A stretch of DNA of 32,000 nt, from positions 2,130,001-2,162,000 of the forward strand of contig FP565575.1 in the NCBI GenBank assembly GCA_000091165.1, written 5' to 3'. Under the pieces are notes generated by a model that saw nothing but the letters and a program-made list of their open reading frames with translations, searched no databases and was not told the DNA's origin. Shown here in pieces: positions 1-8,895 of the stretch. Each line of letters begins with the position of its first letter. Positions within the stretch are counted from its first letter, which is position 1. This DNA comes from Candidatus Methylomirabilis oxygeniifera. Its GTDB lineage: Bacteria > Methylomirabilota > Methylomirabilia > Methylomirabilales > Methylomirabilaceae. The position numbers and the translations under genes were made by a program.

Positions 1-108
1 TCGTGGACGACGAAACGCCGGACGTTCTTGGTAGCCGGCTTCAACATCTTTCCAGTTCCTTACGGTGGATGGATACGCCGGATTATGTCATACCTGAAGC
101 GGCATGCG
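1..108 (+). CDS. 3' end of an unidentified CDS running in from the left edge (partial)
   Basis: Frame 1 is open from the window edge to TAA at 106-108: ...KRRTFLVAGFNIFPVPYGGWIRRIMSYLKRHA*. Only 35 residues are visible, so no family is assigned. Confidence 0.35.
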
Positions 109-377
109 TAAATGCTACGTGACAACCGGAATCGCTTGCCGCAACCAGGTCTGCGTAGTAGAGTACGGAAGCGAAAGCGAAACTGATGGCGAAGTCTGAC
201 ATGGGCAGGTGACAGTCTTCAGGAATGATCTCGTGTTGGTCGCTTCGTAACACCCCAGCCAACAGAATACCCAGATCGGCCGGCTGACCGAGGCGATGTT
301 TCAGCGCATGTTTGACGTGGCAAGGCGCTATCCGGGTAGAGACTTGGGTGAACAGACGGGATAACGACACAGCGGAG

Positions 378-1085
378 ATGGTCGGAACCGAATCCGGCTC
401 GCAGCGAGGAATCCTGTTGGATTTCGATCATACGCTCTTTGATACCGATCGCTTCTTCTGGGTCGATCTGAAGGCCGCCTTCGGTCAATTCGGCGTCTCC
501 GATGACGCCTGGGAGAAGAGCTATGCGACGATCTGGCCATCCGGGTATTCGCTGGCAAAGCATGTGGAGGAACTCGGCAGGCTGGGCGCTATCGCATCCG
601 CCTCCGTGGCCTCTGCAATGCACGCGACCCTCGAACGTACCTTTTCCAACCTGCGTCCGTACCTGTTCCCGGATGTTGTCGAGTTTCTGAATGCGGCGCG
701 TTATCGAGCGTTCGATCTGATCTTACTCTCCTTTGGCGACCCGGCTTGGCAAACCTATAAGGTGCAAGCCGCCGGGCTGATCCCCTACTTCACACAAATC
801 ATCTATACACCCCACGAAAAAGGGAAGGCAGGGATGCTCGCTACGCTCGCTCCGGCGTATTTGGAACTTCGTGCGATCGACAATAACCCGACCGACCTTG
901 ATGCCATGAAGACGTCGACCCCTCGTCTGCAGACTTATCTGATCTGTCGCGTAGACCCATCCGCAATAGAGAAAGCTGATCCATCGCTTCGGGAACGCTT
1001 CCGCGAGGCCGCCAGGTATCCAACCATCCCCTCCCGCTTGCCGCACCGGCAATGCCGGAGCCTGAATGAGGTGTCGCTTTCATGA
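378..1085 (+). CDS. HAD-superfamily hydrolase/phosphatase-like protein
   Basis: ORF 312..1085 with likely ATG at 378. HAD motif I LLDFDHTLFDTD, then a motif II-like LILLSFG. The stop overlaps the next start (ATGA at 1082). Confidence 0.75.
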   Translation: MVGTESGSQRGILLDFDHTLFDTDRFFWVDLKAAFGQFGVSDDAWEKSYATIWPSGYSLAKHVEELGRLGAIASASVASAMHATLERTFSNLRPYLFPDVVEFLNAARYRAFDLILLSFGDPAWQTYKVQAAGLIPYFTQIIYTPHEKGKAGMLATLAPAYLELRAIDNNPTDLDAMKTSTPRLQTYLICRVDPSAIEKADPSLRERFREAARYPTIPSRLPHRQCRSLNEVSLS

Positions 1086-2104
1086 CCGAACTGATCGTCG
1101 CTACGGCGCCTACACGCATCGACTTTGCCGGTGGGACGCTCGATATCCCACCGCTTCACCTCTTCCACCAACCGGCGATCACCGTGAATGTCGCGATCGA
1201 TCTTGTCGCCCAGGTGACTATGACGAGGCGGCCGGGACGCGCAATCAGACTGACGGCAGCCGATCAACGGCGGCAACTGACCTGGTCATCGCGCGACAAG
1301 ATCGCCTGGACGCGCCAGCCGTTTCTGGAGATGCTGGCCAGGCTGGTCCGGTCACTCGCACCCGATACCGGTCTGGAAATCCGAACCGACTGCCAGGCGC
1401 CGGCCGGCGCGGGGACCGGCGGCTCTTCGGCGCTGGCGGTCGCAACGGCAGCGGCCCTGTCGGCGGCCGCAGGCCGGCCGCTCAACCGTAACACGCTGAT
1501 TGAGCACGCAAAGGCGATCGAGACCCAGGCCATTCGTGTCCCCACTGGCTATCAGGATTACTACGCCGCCGCCTATGGCGGCGCCAGCAGCATCGAATTC
1601 GGACTCACCGGTATTCGCCGCACCGCCATCGCAAAGAAGCCGTTTCTGGCGCAGCTTGAGCGGCATCTCCTGCTGCTCTACCTCGGCAAGCCTCGCTTCT
1701 CAGGCGCCAACAACTGGGACCTGTTTAAGCGCCACATAGAAGGAGATCGGAAGACTTTCGCCTTCTTCGATGCCTTACAAGACAACGCCCTCGCGATGCG
1801 GAATGCCTTCCTCCAAGAGGACCTGGCCGGTATTGCTCGTCTCCTGAACCGTGATTGGGAGACCAGGCGACGGGCGCTCCCTACCATGAGCAGCCCCACC
1901 ATCGACAGACTGATTCATTCCATGAAGCGGGCAGGTGCCTTCGGGGCCAGGGTCTGCGGTGCGGGCGGCGGAGGCTGCCTCGCTCTCATTATCCGGCCTC
2001 AAGCCAGGACGACACTCATCGCCATGGCCGAGGCCGCAGGCGCCAAAGGTCTGCCTTCCGTCATCAATACGCGAGGTCTGGTGGTGCATCGCAGCCAGAT
2101 ATAA
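1082..2104 (+). CDS. GHMP-family sugar kinase (heptose-7-phosphate kinase / galactokinase-like)
   Basis: N-terminus APTRIDFAGGTLDIPPL, glycine-rich ATP loop GAGTGGSSALAVA, C-terminal GAFGARVCGAGGGGC. Translationally coupled to the HAD gene. Confidence 0.85.
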   Translation: MTELIVATAPTRIDFAGGTLDIPPLHLFHQPAITVNVAIDLVAQVTMTRRPGRAIRLTAADQRRQLTWSSRDKIAWTRQPFLEMLARLVRSLAPDTGLEIRTDCQAPAGAGTGGSSALAVATAAALSAAAGRPLNRNTLIEHAKAIETQAIRVPTGYQDYYAAAYGGASSIEFGLTGIRRTAIAKKPFLAQLERHLLLLYLGKPRFSGANNWDLFKRHIEGDRKTFAFFDALQDNALAMRNAFLQEDLAGIARLLNRDWETRRRALPTMSSPTIDRLIHSMKRAGAFGARVCGAGGGGCLALIIRPQARTTLIAMAEAAGAKGLPSVINTRGLVVHRSQI

Positions 2105-2189
2105 CTGCCTGATCGCCCGACCGTCACCTCCACCTTTACATTTTTTTCTTGCGTTACTCCAAAACCTTCGATACGGTAAAAGTACACAA

Positions 2190-2387
2190 GAAAGGAGGTG
2201 ATCCAGTGGGCTTACCGTTAACCATCTGGACATGTGAGGTGATTGTAACGTAGGCGTGTCCTCCTCACCGGATCGACTGCCTATGGATTTCGCCTGCGGA
2301 ATCCCAGCAGTCACCGAGCCCTGAAGCCTTGGTCTTGTCCAACCAGGCCCCGCAATGCTGTCGCGGGGAAGCGCTTCGGGGTTTTTT
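2190..2387 (+). ncRNA. Candidate structured leader / small RNA with a short leader ORF and terminator
   Basis: AGAAAGGAGGTGATCCAG followed by GTG...TAG (MGLPLTIWTCEVIVT), several short stems, and a terminal CCCCG...CGGGG-TTTTTT. No rRNA or protein homologue is asserted. Confidence 0.3.
2348..2387 (+). terminator. Rho-independent terminator-like hairpin
   Basis: CCCCGC-aatgctgtc-GCGGGG, then aagcgctt-CGGGG directly followed by TTTTTT. Confidence 0.55.
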
Positions 2388-2781
2388 ATCTTATATCTAT
2401 ATCGAAACTCTCCTTCAGGCGCCGCATTGGTCCTTTCATCCAGCCGCTGCAACTACCCTTCTCCTCGCGGGCCCAGGTCTCGGTAAAGACATCGTACTCC
2501 ACCCAGTATATTCGGTTTTCGTAGAAATGGACCCGCAGGATCTCCACATGGCCCGGCTTTGCGCCCGGGGCCCACCGACCCCAGACCTCCTGCTTGAGGT
2601 CCATCGGTCCCTGCGAAGCAACGAGCTTTGATACCTGCTCCCGGGTCATGCCCGGTATGAGCGTCTGAAATGCTTGACGAGTTGGCGTAACTGCTGTCGG
2701 CACTGGCGCTTGCTGCGCGAAAGCCGGAACTGCAACGCTCAACATCACTGCCAGCAATAGCACGCTGGCTGCTCGGATCAT
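2386..2781 (-). CDS. Small secreted/periplasmic protein with SmpA/BamE-like 'GMTREQV' motif, downstream of gspD
   Basis: 131 aa, signal peptide MIRAASVLLLAVMLSVAVPAFAQQ, motif IPGMTREQVSKLV. Strong RBS-like GGAGGC upstream on the minus strand. Confidence 0.6.
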   Translation of the reverse strand: MIRAASVLLLAVMLSVAVPAFAQQAPVPTAVTPTRQAFQTLIPGMTREQVSKLVASQGPMDLKQEVWGRWAPGAKPGHVEILRVHFYENRIYWVEYDVFTETWAREEKGSCSGWMKGPMRRLKESFDIDIR

Positions 2782-2845
2782 GATAGCCTCCTTCCGCCTA
2801 AGTACGGTATTTGGTCAACACAATCTTCGATCTAAGATCCCTGAC

Positions 2846-5044
2846 CTACCATCCAAGACCATCTTTCCCCTTATCATCCAGCTTCGGCGCAAGTCCTGAT
2901 GGGGAGGTCGGCGACGATTGCATCAGCCGCTCCAGCGTTTCAACACGCTCCCTGAACCGCTTCGTGAGTGCCTGACCCTCCTCCGGCGAGGCAATGACGT
3001 GCGGCGTGATCAGGATAACCAGCTCAGTCCGAATCAGATCCTCGGATGTGTTCCGGAAGAGATAGCCAAGCAGCGGGATCGTGCTGAGAAACGGGATGCC
3101 GCTATAGCCTTTCGACTTGTCGGTTCGGATGATCCCACCGATCACCAGTGACTGACTGTCCTGAACAACGAGGGCCGTCTTAGTAGTCGTCTTGTTGAAA
3201 GAGGCACCGCCCTGAAGAGCATCCGGAACCTCGCCAGCAACACTCGTATTTTCTGTCTCAATGTCCAGGGTGACCAATCGTTTCTCATTGACGTGTGGTT
3301 TGATCTTCAGGATAATCCCAATGTCCTTGCGCTGAAATGTGCTGAAAACATTGGCGACATCGCTGGTCCCTACACTCTGTGTTCCGGTCGGAATCGGCAC
3401 CTCCTGGCCGATTTGAATGTTGGCCTCCTTGTTATTGGCGGTCAACAGGTGGGGGTTGGCTAACACCTCCACCTTGGTCACAGATGCCAGGTTGTTCAAC
3501 ACCAGGCGGAACTGTTCCTTGTCCACGAAGGTCGTAAATGTAAATCCGGAGGGCGGCGCTACTCCACTCGGGTTCTTGAAGGCAGCAATCGCTGCGGCCG
3601 CGGGACCGCCGTGGACACTCGACAGCATGATTGTCCCAGACCTCAACACCTGCTCAAGACTGAAATCGAAAGCATCGCTCAACGTGATCTGCGCCAGCAT
3701 CAGCTCGATCAAGACCTGTTTCGGGACGATATCGAGCTGCTTGATCGTGGCCTCGACGATTTCGTAGTTGCGCGGCGAGGTCTTGATGATCAACGCATTG
3801 GTTGCCTCGTCTGTAACGATGGTCACCTCGCCTACGACTTCTCCAGGCGCTGCCTCGGCACCGGTCGGCGGCACGGGGGCGGCGGGCGGCGGACCCGGGG
3901 CCGGCGGGGGTGGAGCAGTGGTTGTCGACGGTCCGCTCACGCCGGGTCTTGCGGGAGTCTGGCCCGGTCGAGTGCCAGGCGCTGCGCCCCGCACGAGATC
4001 TCGGCGACCGTACAGCGTATTCAGAGTATTTGCCAGGTCGGCAGCCTTCGCGTTCTCGACAAAGTAGACAAAGATCCGCTGGATATTATCGCGTTTGGTC
4101 GGGACATCGAGCGCCTTGATCGTTTCGAGTATCCGTTTGAGCGTAGAGTTGAAGCCGGCGATGATCAGGGAGTTGGTCTCCTTGTGGACGATCATCCTGG
4201 CGCCTTTACCTATCAACGACTGGACAATCTTTGAGGTCTCGTCGGCGGACAGATAGTCGAGCTGGACGACTTGGGTGGAATACCGCTCACGTTCCTCAAT
4301 GCGCTCTTTCCCTACCTGCACATCCTGCGGTTCCTGCTGGGCGACGGCGATCGGAACAATCTTGTAGTAGGAACCCTCCTTCACCGCCGCCAGGTTATTG
4401 ACTTCCAGTACAGACTCCATGATAGACAGAACTTCGCTGGACGGCACTCGAGTTGTCGTCCGCATCGTCACATTCGCCTTAACGCCGGGACCGATAATAA
4501 AATTGATCCGAGTAATGTCGGCGATGGATCGGAGGACCAACTCTAAATCGGCGTTGTCGAAGTTCAATGAGACGTACTGCGGCGCTTCAGGCTGTGGCGG
4601 CACTCCTCTCCCAGCCACACCAGGGCGCGCTCCTAATCCCGCCGAAGGGACAGGCGCGCCTTCCATCATTCCGGCCGATGGTACGGGAACAGGTTGAATC
4701 CCTATTTCCTTGGAGGGAGCGCCGCCTTCGGCCTCTTCGCTCTCTTCGGCGTCTTCTCCGCCGCCTTCGGCCTCTTCGCTCTCTTCGGCGTCTTCTCCGC
4801 CGCCTTCGGCCTCTTCCGCTTCCAGCTTCGACTCAACCTTTTCCGAACGCGCAGGCAGTGCGGCGACGACCGGAGCAGCAGGTGGAGGCGTTGGCGCTAT
4901 GGTCTCAGCCTTCAAAGGCGCCAGTTCCGCTTCAGCCCCGGAACGTCCAAACGTCTGCAGGGCGGTACAAGCGGGAAGGAATACCGCGACCGTTAAAACT
5001 ATAAGAAGAGCTCTTCGGGTAACCAATACTCTCTCCTTCCTCAT
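2846..5044 (-). CDS. gspD: Type II secretion system secretin GspD
   Basis: 732 aa. N-domain LNFDNADLELVLRSIADITRINFIIGPGVKANV, secretin domain VPIPTGTQSVG...FQRKDIGIILKIKPHVNEKRLVTLDI, C-terminal VVQDSQSLVIGGIIRTDKSKGYSGIPFLSTIPLLGYLFR. Confidence 0.95.
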   Translation of the reverse strand: MRKERVLVTRRALLIVLTVAVFLPACTALQTFGRSGAEAELAPLKAETIAPTPPPAAPVVAALPARSEKVESKLEAEEAEGGGEDAEESEEAEGGGEDAEESEEAEGGAPSKEIGIQPVPVPSAGMMEGAPVPSAGLGARPGVAGRGVPPQPEAPQYVSLNFDNADLELVLRSIADITRINFIIGPGVKANVTMRTTTRVPSSEVLSIMESVLEVNNLAAVKEGSYYKIVPIAVAQQEPQDVQVGKERIEERERYSTQVVQLDYLSADETSKIVQSLIGKGARMIVHKETNSLIIAGFNSTLKRILETIKALDVPTKRDNIQRIFVYFVENAKAADLANTLNTLYGRRDLVRGAAPGTRPGQTPARPGVSGPSTTTAPPPPAPGPPPAAPVPPTGAEAAPGEVVGEVTIVTDEATNALIIKTSPRNYEIVEATIKQLDIVPKQVLIELMLAQITLSDAFDFSLEQVLRSGTIMLSSVHGGPAAAAIAAFKNPSGVAPPSGFTFTTFVDKEQFRLVLNNLASVTKVEVLANPHLLTANNKEANIQIGQEVPIPTGTQSVGTSDVANVFSTFQRKDIGIILKIKPHVNEKRLVTLDIETENTSVAGEVPDALQGGASFNKTTTKTALVVQDSQSLVIGGIIRTDKSKGYSGIPFLSTIPLLGYLFRNTSEDLIRTELVILITPHVIASPEEGQALTKRFRERVETLERLMQSSPTSPSGLAPKLDDKGKDGLGW
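4721..4817. repeat. 39-bp tandem repeat, about 2.5 copies, inside gspD
   Basis: gccgccttcggcctcttcgctctcttcggcgtcttctcc starts at 4721 and 4760, with a partial third copy at 4799. It encodes the 13-aa unit GGGEDAEESEEAE. Confidence 0.9.
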
Positions 5045-5083
5045 ATTTGGCAGTTCAGCCCTGAGTCTCCACTACCATCTCCA

Positions 5084-5719
5084 TTACTGCTCCCCCTTCG
5101 TTGCTCGCTCCGCCGCTCTTCGCTGACGCATCTCCAGCCGCTCCTGCCTGCGTCTCTCAATCTCTCCGCTGTCGGGAGCCCCGGACTGAACGGCGACAGG
5201 CGCTGGCACATTGGCGGGAGTCGCGGCAGCAGACTCAATGGCCGCCTTTAGGGTAATCTCACGTACCGTCTCGCCGCGCTTGAAGATAACTCGATCCTCC
5301 TTAATTTCGGTAACGATCCCACCTGCCACCTCTTGACCTGTTGTATAGATATTCGCTTTTCCTTTATCGCTCAGGATGGCTCGACGCTCGTGGTCGACCA
5401 GAATGGTGCCGACTAGTGTCGGGAGAGGCGGCGGCGGCGGCGGAGCGCTGGACGGTTGTACCGGCATAGGCGGAGGCTGTTTGAATGGGTTCCTCTCTAA
5501 AAGAATATCGAACTGCGCCAACGGTGGGCGAGCGGTCGAGTTATAGGCGACAGCTTCTGCCTCTTGCAACGACCGTTTGGCAACCGGGCTTTGAATCGGG
5601 ACATCAGGAGCAACCCACGTCTTCGCGAGAGCCGCCGTGATCAGCACCGCAATGAGACCTAAAAGGAGGTTCAGTAGTCTAAGGGGGTTACGCACCGGCG
5701 CTTTTTTCCTCCAGTCCAA
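5084..5719 (-). CDS. gspC: Type II secretion protein GspC-like inner membrane protein
   Basis: 211 aa, N-terminal TM LLNLLLGLIAVLITAALAKTWV, then LLERNPFKQ...PPPPPPLPTLVGTILVD typical of the GspC HR region. Context gspM/gspD. Confidence 0.75.
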   Translation of the reverse strand: MDWRKKAPVRNPLRLLNLLLGLIAVLITAALAKTWVAPDVPIQSPVAKRSLQEAEAVAYNSTARPPLAQFDILLERNPFKQPPPMPVQPSSAPPPPPPLPTLVGTILVDHERRAILSDKGKANIYTTGQEVAGGIVTEIKEDRVIFKRGETVREITLKAAIESAAATPANVPAPVAVQSGAPDSGEIERRRQERLEMRQRRAAERATKGEQ

Positions 5720-6260
5720 GGGTATAGCCGCTAACTACAACGGTTACCTGCAACTCGGCGCCAATCCTTGGAAAAGAGGCGTTGACCTGGAGCTTGGGAA
5801 CGGTAAGCAGCTTTGAAGCACTCTCGATCTTGTACAGGAAATCACGGAGTTTCTTCAAGTCGGCGTTCAGAGAAAGTTCCACAGCGACCCGCGTAAATCC
5901 CTCCGCCTTGCTTGGCGCATGGATACTCTCGCTAACGATGGTCACTCCGCTCTCTCCGGCCATTTTGTGCAACATGGTCTGAAGATCGGCCGCTGCTAGC
6001 GTCAACTTCTCTCCTGGCAACAGTCGTTGTTGCAGTTGCTTGTACAACCCTTCCGTCTCGGCGAATTTCTTCTCGTATCGTCTCTTCCCATCCACTACCA
6101 GTTGGAAGCGTTCAAAAGCCTGAAGCTTTTCCTGATAGTCGTTTCGAACCGCCACCTGGTTTGAGATGGCTGGGATGATAGCGTAACTAATGATAAGGAA
6201 AGCAACTAAGGCGGCTCCACCACCCACGAGAAACCGACGCTCTCGAGAAGAGAAGGTCAC
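5688..6260 (-). CDS. gspM: Type II secretion GspM/PilO-like protein
   Basis: 190 aa, single N-terminal TM plus coiled-coil (QVAVRNDYQEKLQAFERFQ), position after gspL. Confidence 0.75.
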   Translation of the reverse strand: MTFSSRERRFLVGGGAALVAFLIISYAIIPAISNQVAVRNDYQEKLQAFERFQLVVDGKRRYEKKFAETEGLYKQLQQRLLPGEKLTLAAADLQTMLHKMAGESGVTIVSESIHAPSKAEGFTRVAVELSLNADLKKLRDFLYKIESASKLLTVPKLQVNASFPRIGAELQVTVVVSGYTLGLEEKSAGA

Positions 6261-7732
6261 GGCCGCTTCTCCTTCGCTCCGGCTCCTCGATTGCGCTCAG
6301 AGCTCGGTACAGATCTGGTCTCAAGGAGCGCCTTCAGTTGAAACTCTTGCCCCTCGGCGCCTCGCTGGGCCACCGGCGAGGTAAATTGGGCGTTTTCGAA
6401 GAGGGGAGACTGCTCCAGAATCGAGATCAAATCCGAGGCGGAACCGGGGATTGTGCCGCCGATCCGGGCTTCCCGTTTCTCGACTGAGAAGAGTGTCAGC
6501 ACCACTCCTTTCGGCAAGATTTGAACCAGTTCGCGCAACACGTCCAGCTTTCTGGTCTCATCCTGATCAATAGTCTGCAAGGTAGCGATCTGGTTTGCAA
6601 GCGTACCGACCTCACCCTTGAGCTGTTCCACCTTGGCCGCCTCAGTCTGTACGCGATGAAGTCTGGCGGTAAGATCGGCGAGATCTCGGCGCTCTCGAAT
6701 CGCACCATTCACCAGAAACACTAACCCCAGGGCGATAATAAGGGCCAAGAGCCGGAAGGTCATAGCGCGGTTCGGGTCTCGGCGAGGGGGAGCCAACTCT
6801 TTGGGGAGCAGATCGATATCGATCGGGAGCGGGACAAGTCCGTGCAGTCCAAGTCCGACGGCCGCCCCAAGGGAATGGACTGTCTGCGGATCTACGTTGT
6901 TGGCCTTAATCCGTCGGAAGGGGTGGAGGAACTCTACCTCAAGACCGGTCTGTTCAGCCAGGTGATGCAGCAGGTCTCCCTTGCCTGCACCCGTCCCAGA
7001 GAGAGAAATTCGTCCTGCACGCTCTCCGCCATCCACTTCAAGCTGGCCGACCAGTGCGGAAAGCTCCGAGACAAGCCGATCAAGCGGCGCAGCCTGACCA
7101 ATAGCAAAGTATTTAGTATATCGCAGGATCCCCTTGTTGGCCAGACCCAACTCCACCTCGCCGTTCCGAAGATCAATGACGGCCCTCAGGGATTCCGCGC
7201 CTCGCTCCTGGTTATAGAGGAGGGCGTTGAGTGACGCGAACGTCGAGACGCCAAGAGCGGTTGGCGTGATCCCCGCCTCCTGCAGTAGAGCGACGTGTCG
7301 ACCGATCTCCTCTTTTCTCGTTGCGGCCAACAGGACAGTAGCCTGTTCGGCATCGTGTGTCAGTACCTGAAAGTCGTACTGCGCCTCCTCAAGGGGGAAC
7401 GGAACATGTCGTTCAATCTCATAGTCCACGATCCCCTTCATTTCCTCTTTACCCACCGCCGGCATGCTGACCGAGCGCATAGTAACGAGACGCCGCGGCA
7501 GGCCGAGCGTTATGGAGGTGGGACGCTTGGGTAACCGAGTCACGAGGCCGGCCAGCCTCTCTTTAAGCACTCCCAGCCTGTCCTTCTCTTCAGCCGGTAA
7601 CGTCTCGATACCCCAATCGAGGAGCTGAATTCGCCCAAACGCCTTACTCAATAAGGCGTGACACAGTAGCCCACCCCGAATGTCGATACCCAAGCCGACT
7701 TTCGGTCTCGGGATCAGCTCATCGAGCTTCAT
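6257..7732 (-). CDS. gspL: Type II secretion GspL/PilM-PilN-like protein
   Basis: 491 aa. PilM-like actin fold N-terminus (VGLGIDIRGGLLCHALLSK), then TM FRLLALIIALGLVFLVNG and a PilN-like C-terminus. Confidence 0.8.
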   Translation of the reverse strand: MKLDELIPRPKVGLGIDIRGGLLCHALLSKAFGRIQLLDWGIETLPAEEKDRLGVLKERLAGLVTRLPKRPTSITLGLPRRLVTMRSVSMPAVGKEEMKGIVDYEIERHVPFPLEEAQYDFQVLTHDAEQATVLLAATRKEEIGRHVALLQEAGITPTALGVSTFASLNALLYNQERGAESLRAVIDLRNGEVELGLANKGILRYTKYFAIGQAAPLDRLVSELSALVGQLEVDGGERAGRISLSGTGAGKGDLLHHLAEQTGLEVEFLHPFRRIKANNVDPQTVHSLGAAVGLGLHGLVPLPIDIDLLPKELAPPRRDPNRAMTFRLLALIIALGLVFLVNGAIRERRDLADLTARLHRVQTEAAKVEQLKGEVGTLANQIATLQTIDQDETRKLDVLRELVQILPKGVVLTLFSVEKREARIGGTIPGSASDLISILEQSPLFENAQFTSPVAQRGAEGQEFQLKALLETRSVPSSERNRGAGAKEKRP

Positions 7733-8895
7733 ACACCCCCCTGCCTCGGATCAAGGCTCCACAGACGCACGGAGAGTTTCGGTCGGCCGGACGTCCCCTC
7801 ATTTCGCAGGATGGCAGCTATACGAACCGTGAGCCTCGATCCCGTCATCCGCGCAACCGATTCGACCGAAAAATTCGATGAGGTAGCTTTGACAAGTGGA
7901 CCAAGACTGGCGCGGACTTGGCTCTGGCTATCGCGCCCCGACAAACCTGCGCAGCCGGCAGAAGTAAAGAGAACAGTGAGTTGTCCCACCGCATCTCCAC
8001 GAAATGGCTCCCCTGTCCGCCGGCTGAGGACACACTTCGTCTCTACGGCCGTCAGCCCAAGCGCCATCAACACGTCCGGACTTGCCGTATTGATATTCAC
8101 CTGACCGGTGCTATGGAGCGACAGGTGCTGCGCCACTCCAAGGTATTCGCCCGGCTTGAGATCCCGTTCCCACGGTAGCCGGGCTTCAAGCTCCGTCCGT
8201 CGTGGTTGGCTGGCAATATTGCCGTACAGGATTTCCTGGGTTAATCCTCTGATCAGGAGTAGTTCATCGATAGTTTCGAAGCCTCCGTTCTTCGCTCGGT
8301 ACGAGCTGGGGAGGGATAGGTAGTAGTCGTCCTCGGCGCCGCTCATACGATGAAGGTTATCGGTATCTCGCCAGTCCTGAATTGAATCAACGATAGTGGA
8401 CAGAAGCTTCTCATCCCTGACACCTGAGTTGGAAAACAATCGACGAAGCATCGCATCGTATTGGGGAGTTATCTGCCCATCCAGGGGAATCTTGCTCTCC
8501 TCATCCCTGACCGCTACCCAGTAATGTCCGCCGCCTAATGCCACGTTCTCATAGGCAGCCGGATTGGTATGCCAGCGCTCATTTAGAGCATCGTAGCTCT
8601 TCGAGTCGGGCGGGAGATCTCGATCGGCGTTGATGATCTCCGCAGCCGCCCGGTAAATGCCGGCCTCTGCCAAATAGTACGCCTCCGCTTTCTGTTTGAA
8701 GTTGCCCGCCGCAGCCAGCTCTGTACGCATCGAAAAGGTAAAGGTCGTAAATACGACACCTAGAAATGCCAGAATCCAGAGCACGACCACAAGCGCCAAT
8801 CCGCACTCACCAAAAAAAGAGGGTGTGGGGTGTGGGGTGTGGGGTGTGGGACCGAAAACTTGACGCTTGACGCTTGACGCTTGACGCTTCTTCAT
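7729..8895 (-). CDS. gspK: Type II secretion minor pseudopilin GspK
   Basis: 388 aa, GLALVVVLWILAFLGVVFTTF, GspK-typical DSIQDWRDTDNLHRMSGAEDDYY and INTASPDVLMALG. Confidence 0.9.
   Translation of the reverse strand: MKKRQASSVKRQVFGPTPHTPHPTPSFFGECGLALVVVLWILAFLGVVFTTFTFSMRTELAAAGNFKQKAEAYYLAEAGIYRAAAEIINADRDLPPDSKSYDALNERWHTNPAAYENVALGGGHYWVAVRDEESKIPLDGQITPQYDAMLRRLFSNSGVRDEKLLSTIVDSIQDWRDTDNLHRMSGAEDDYYLSLPSSYRAKNGGFETIDELLLIRGLTQEILYGNIASQPRRTELEARLPWERDLKPGEYLGVAQHLSLHSTGQVNINTASPDVLMALGLTAVETKCVLSRRTGEPFRGDAVGQLTVLFTSAGCAGLSGRDSQSQVRASLGPLVKATSSNFSVESVARMTGSRLTVRIAAILRNEGTSGRPKLSVRLWSLDPRQGGV
8822..8887. repeat. Two adjacent heptamer tandem arrays at the 5' end of gspK
   Basis: About 4 copies of GTGTGGG/GGTGTGG at 8822-8850, and (TTGACGC)x4 at 8860-8887. 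Confidence 0.9.

Noticed and set aside
83-370. Overlapping ORFs at the left edge (83..370, 219..623, 328..558)
   Set aside because: Mutually overlapping on different frames without motifs. The only clear gene here is the HAD protein starting near 378.
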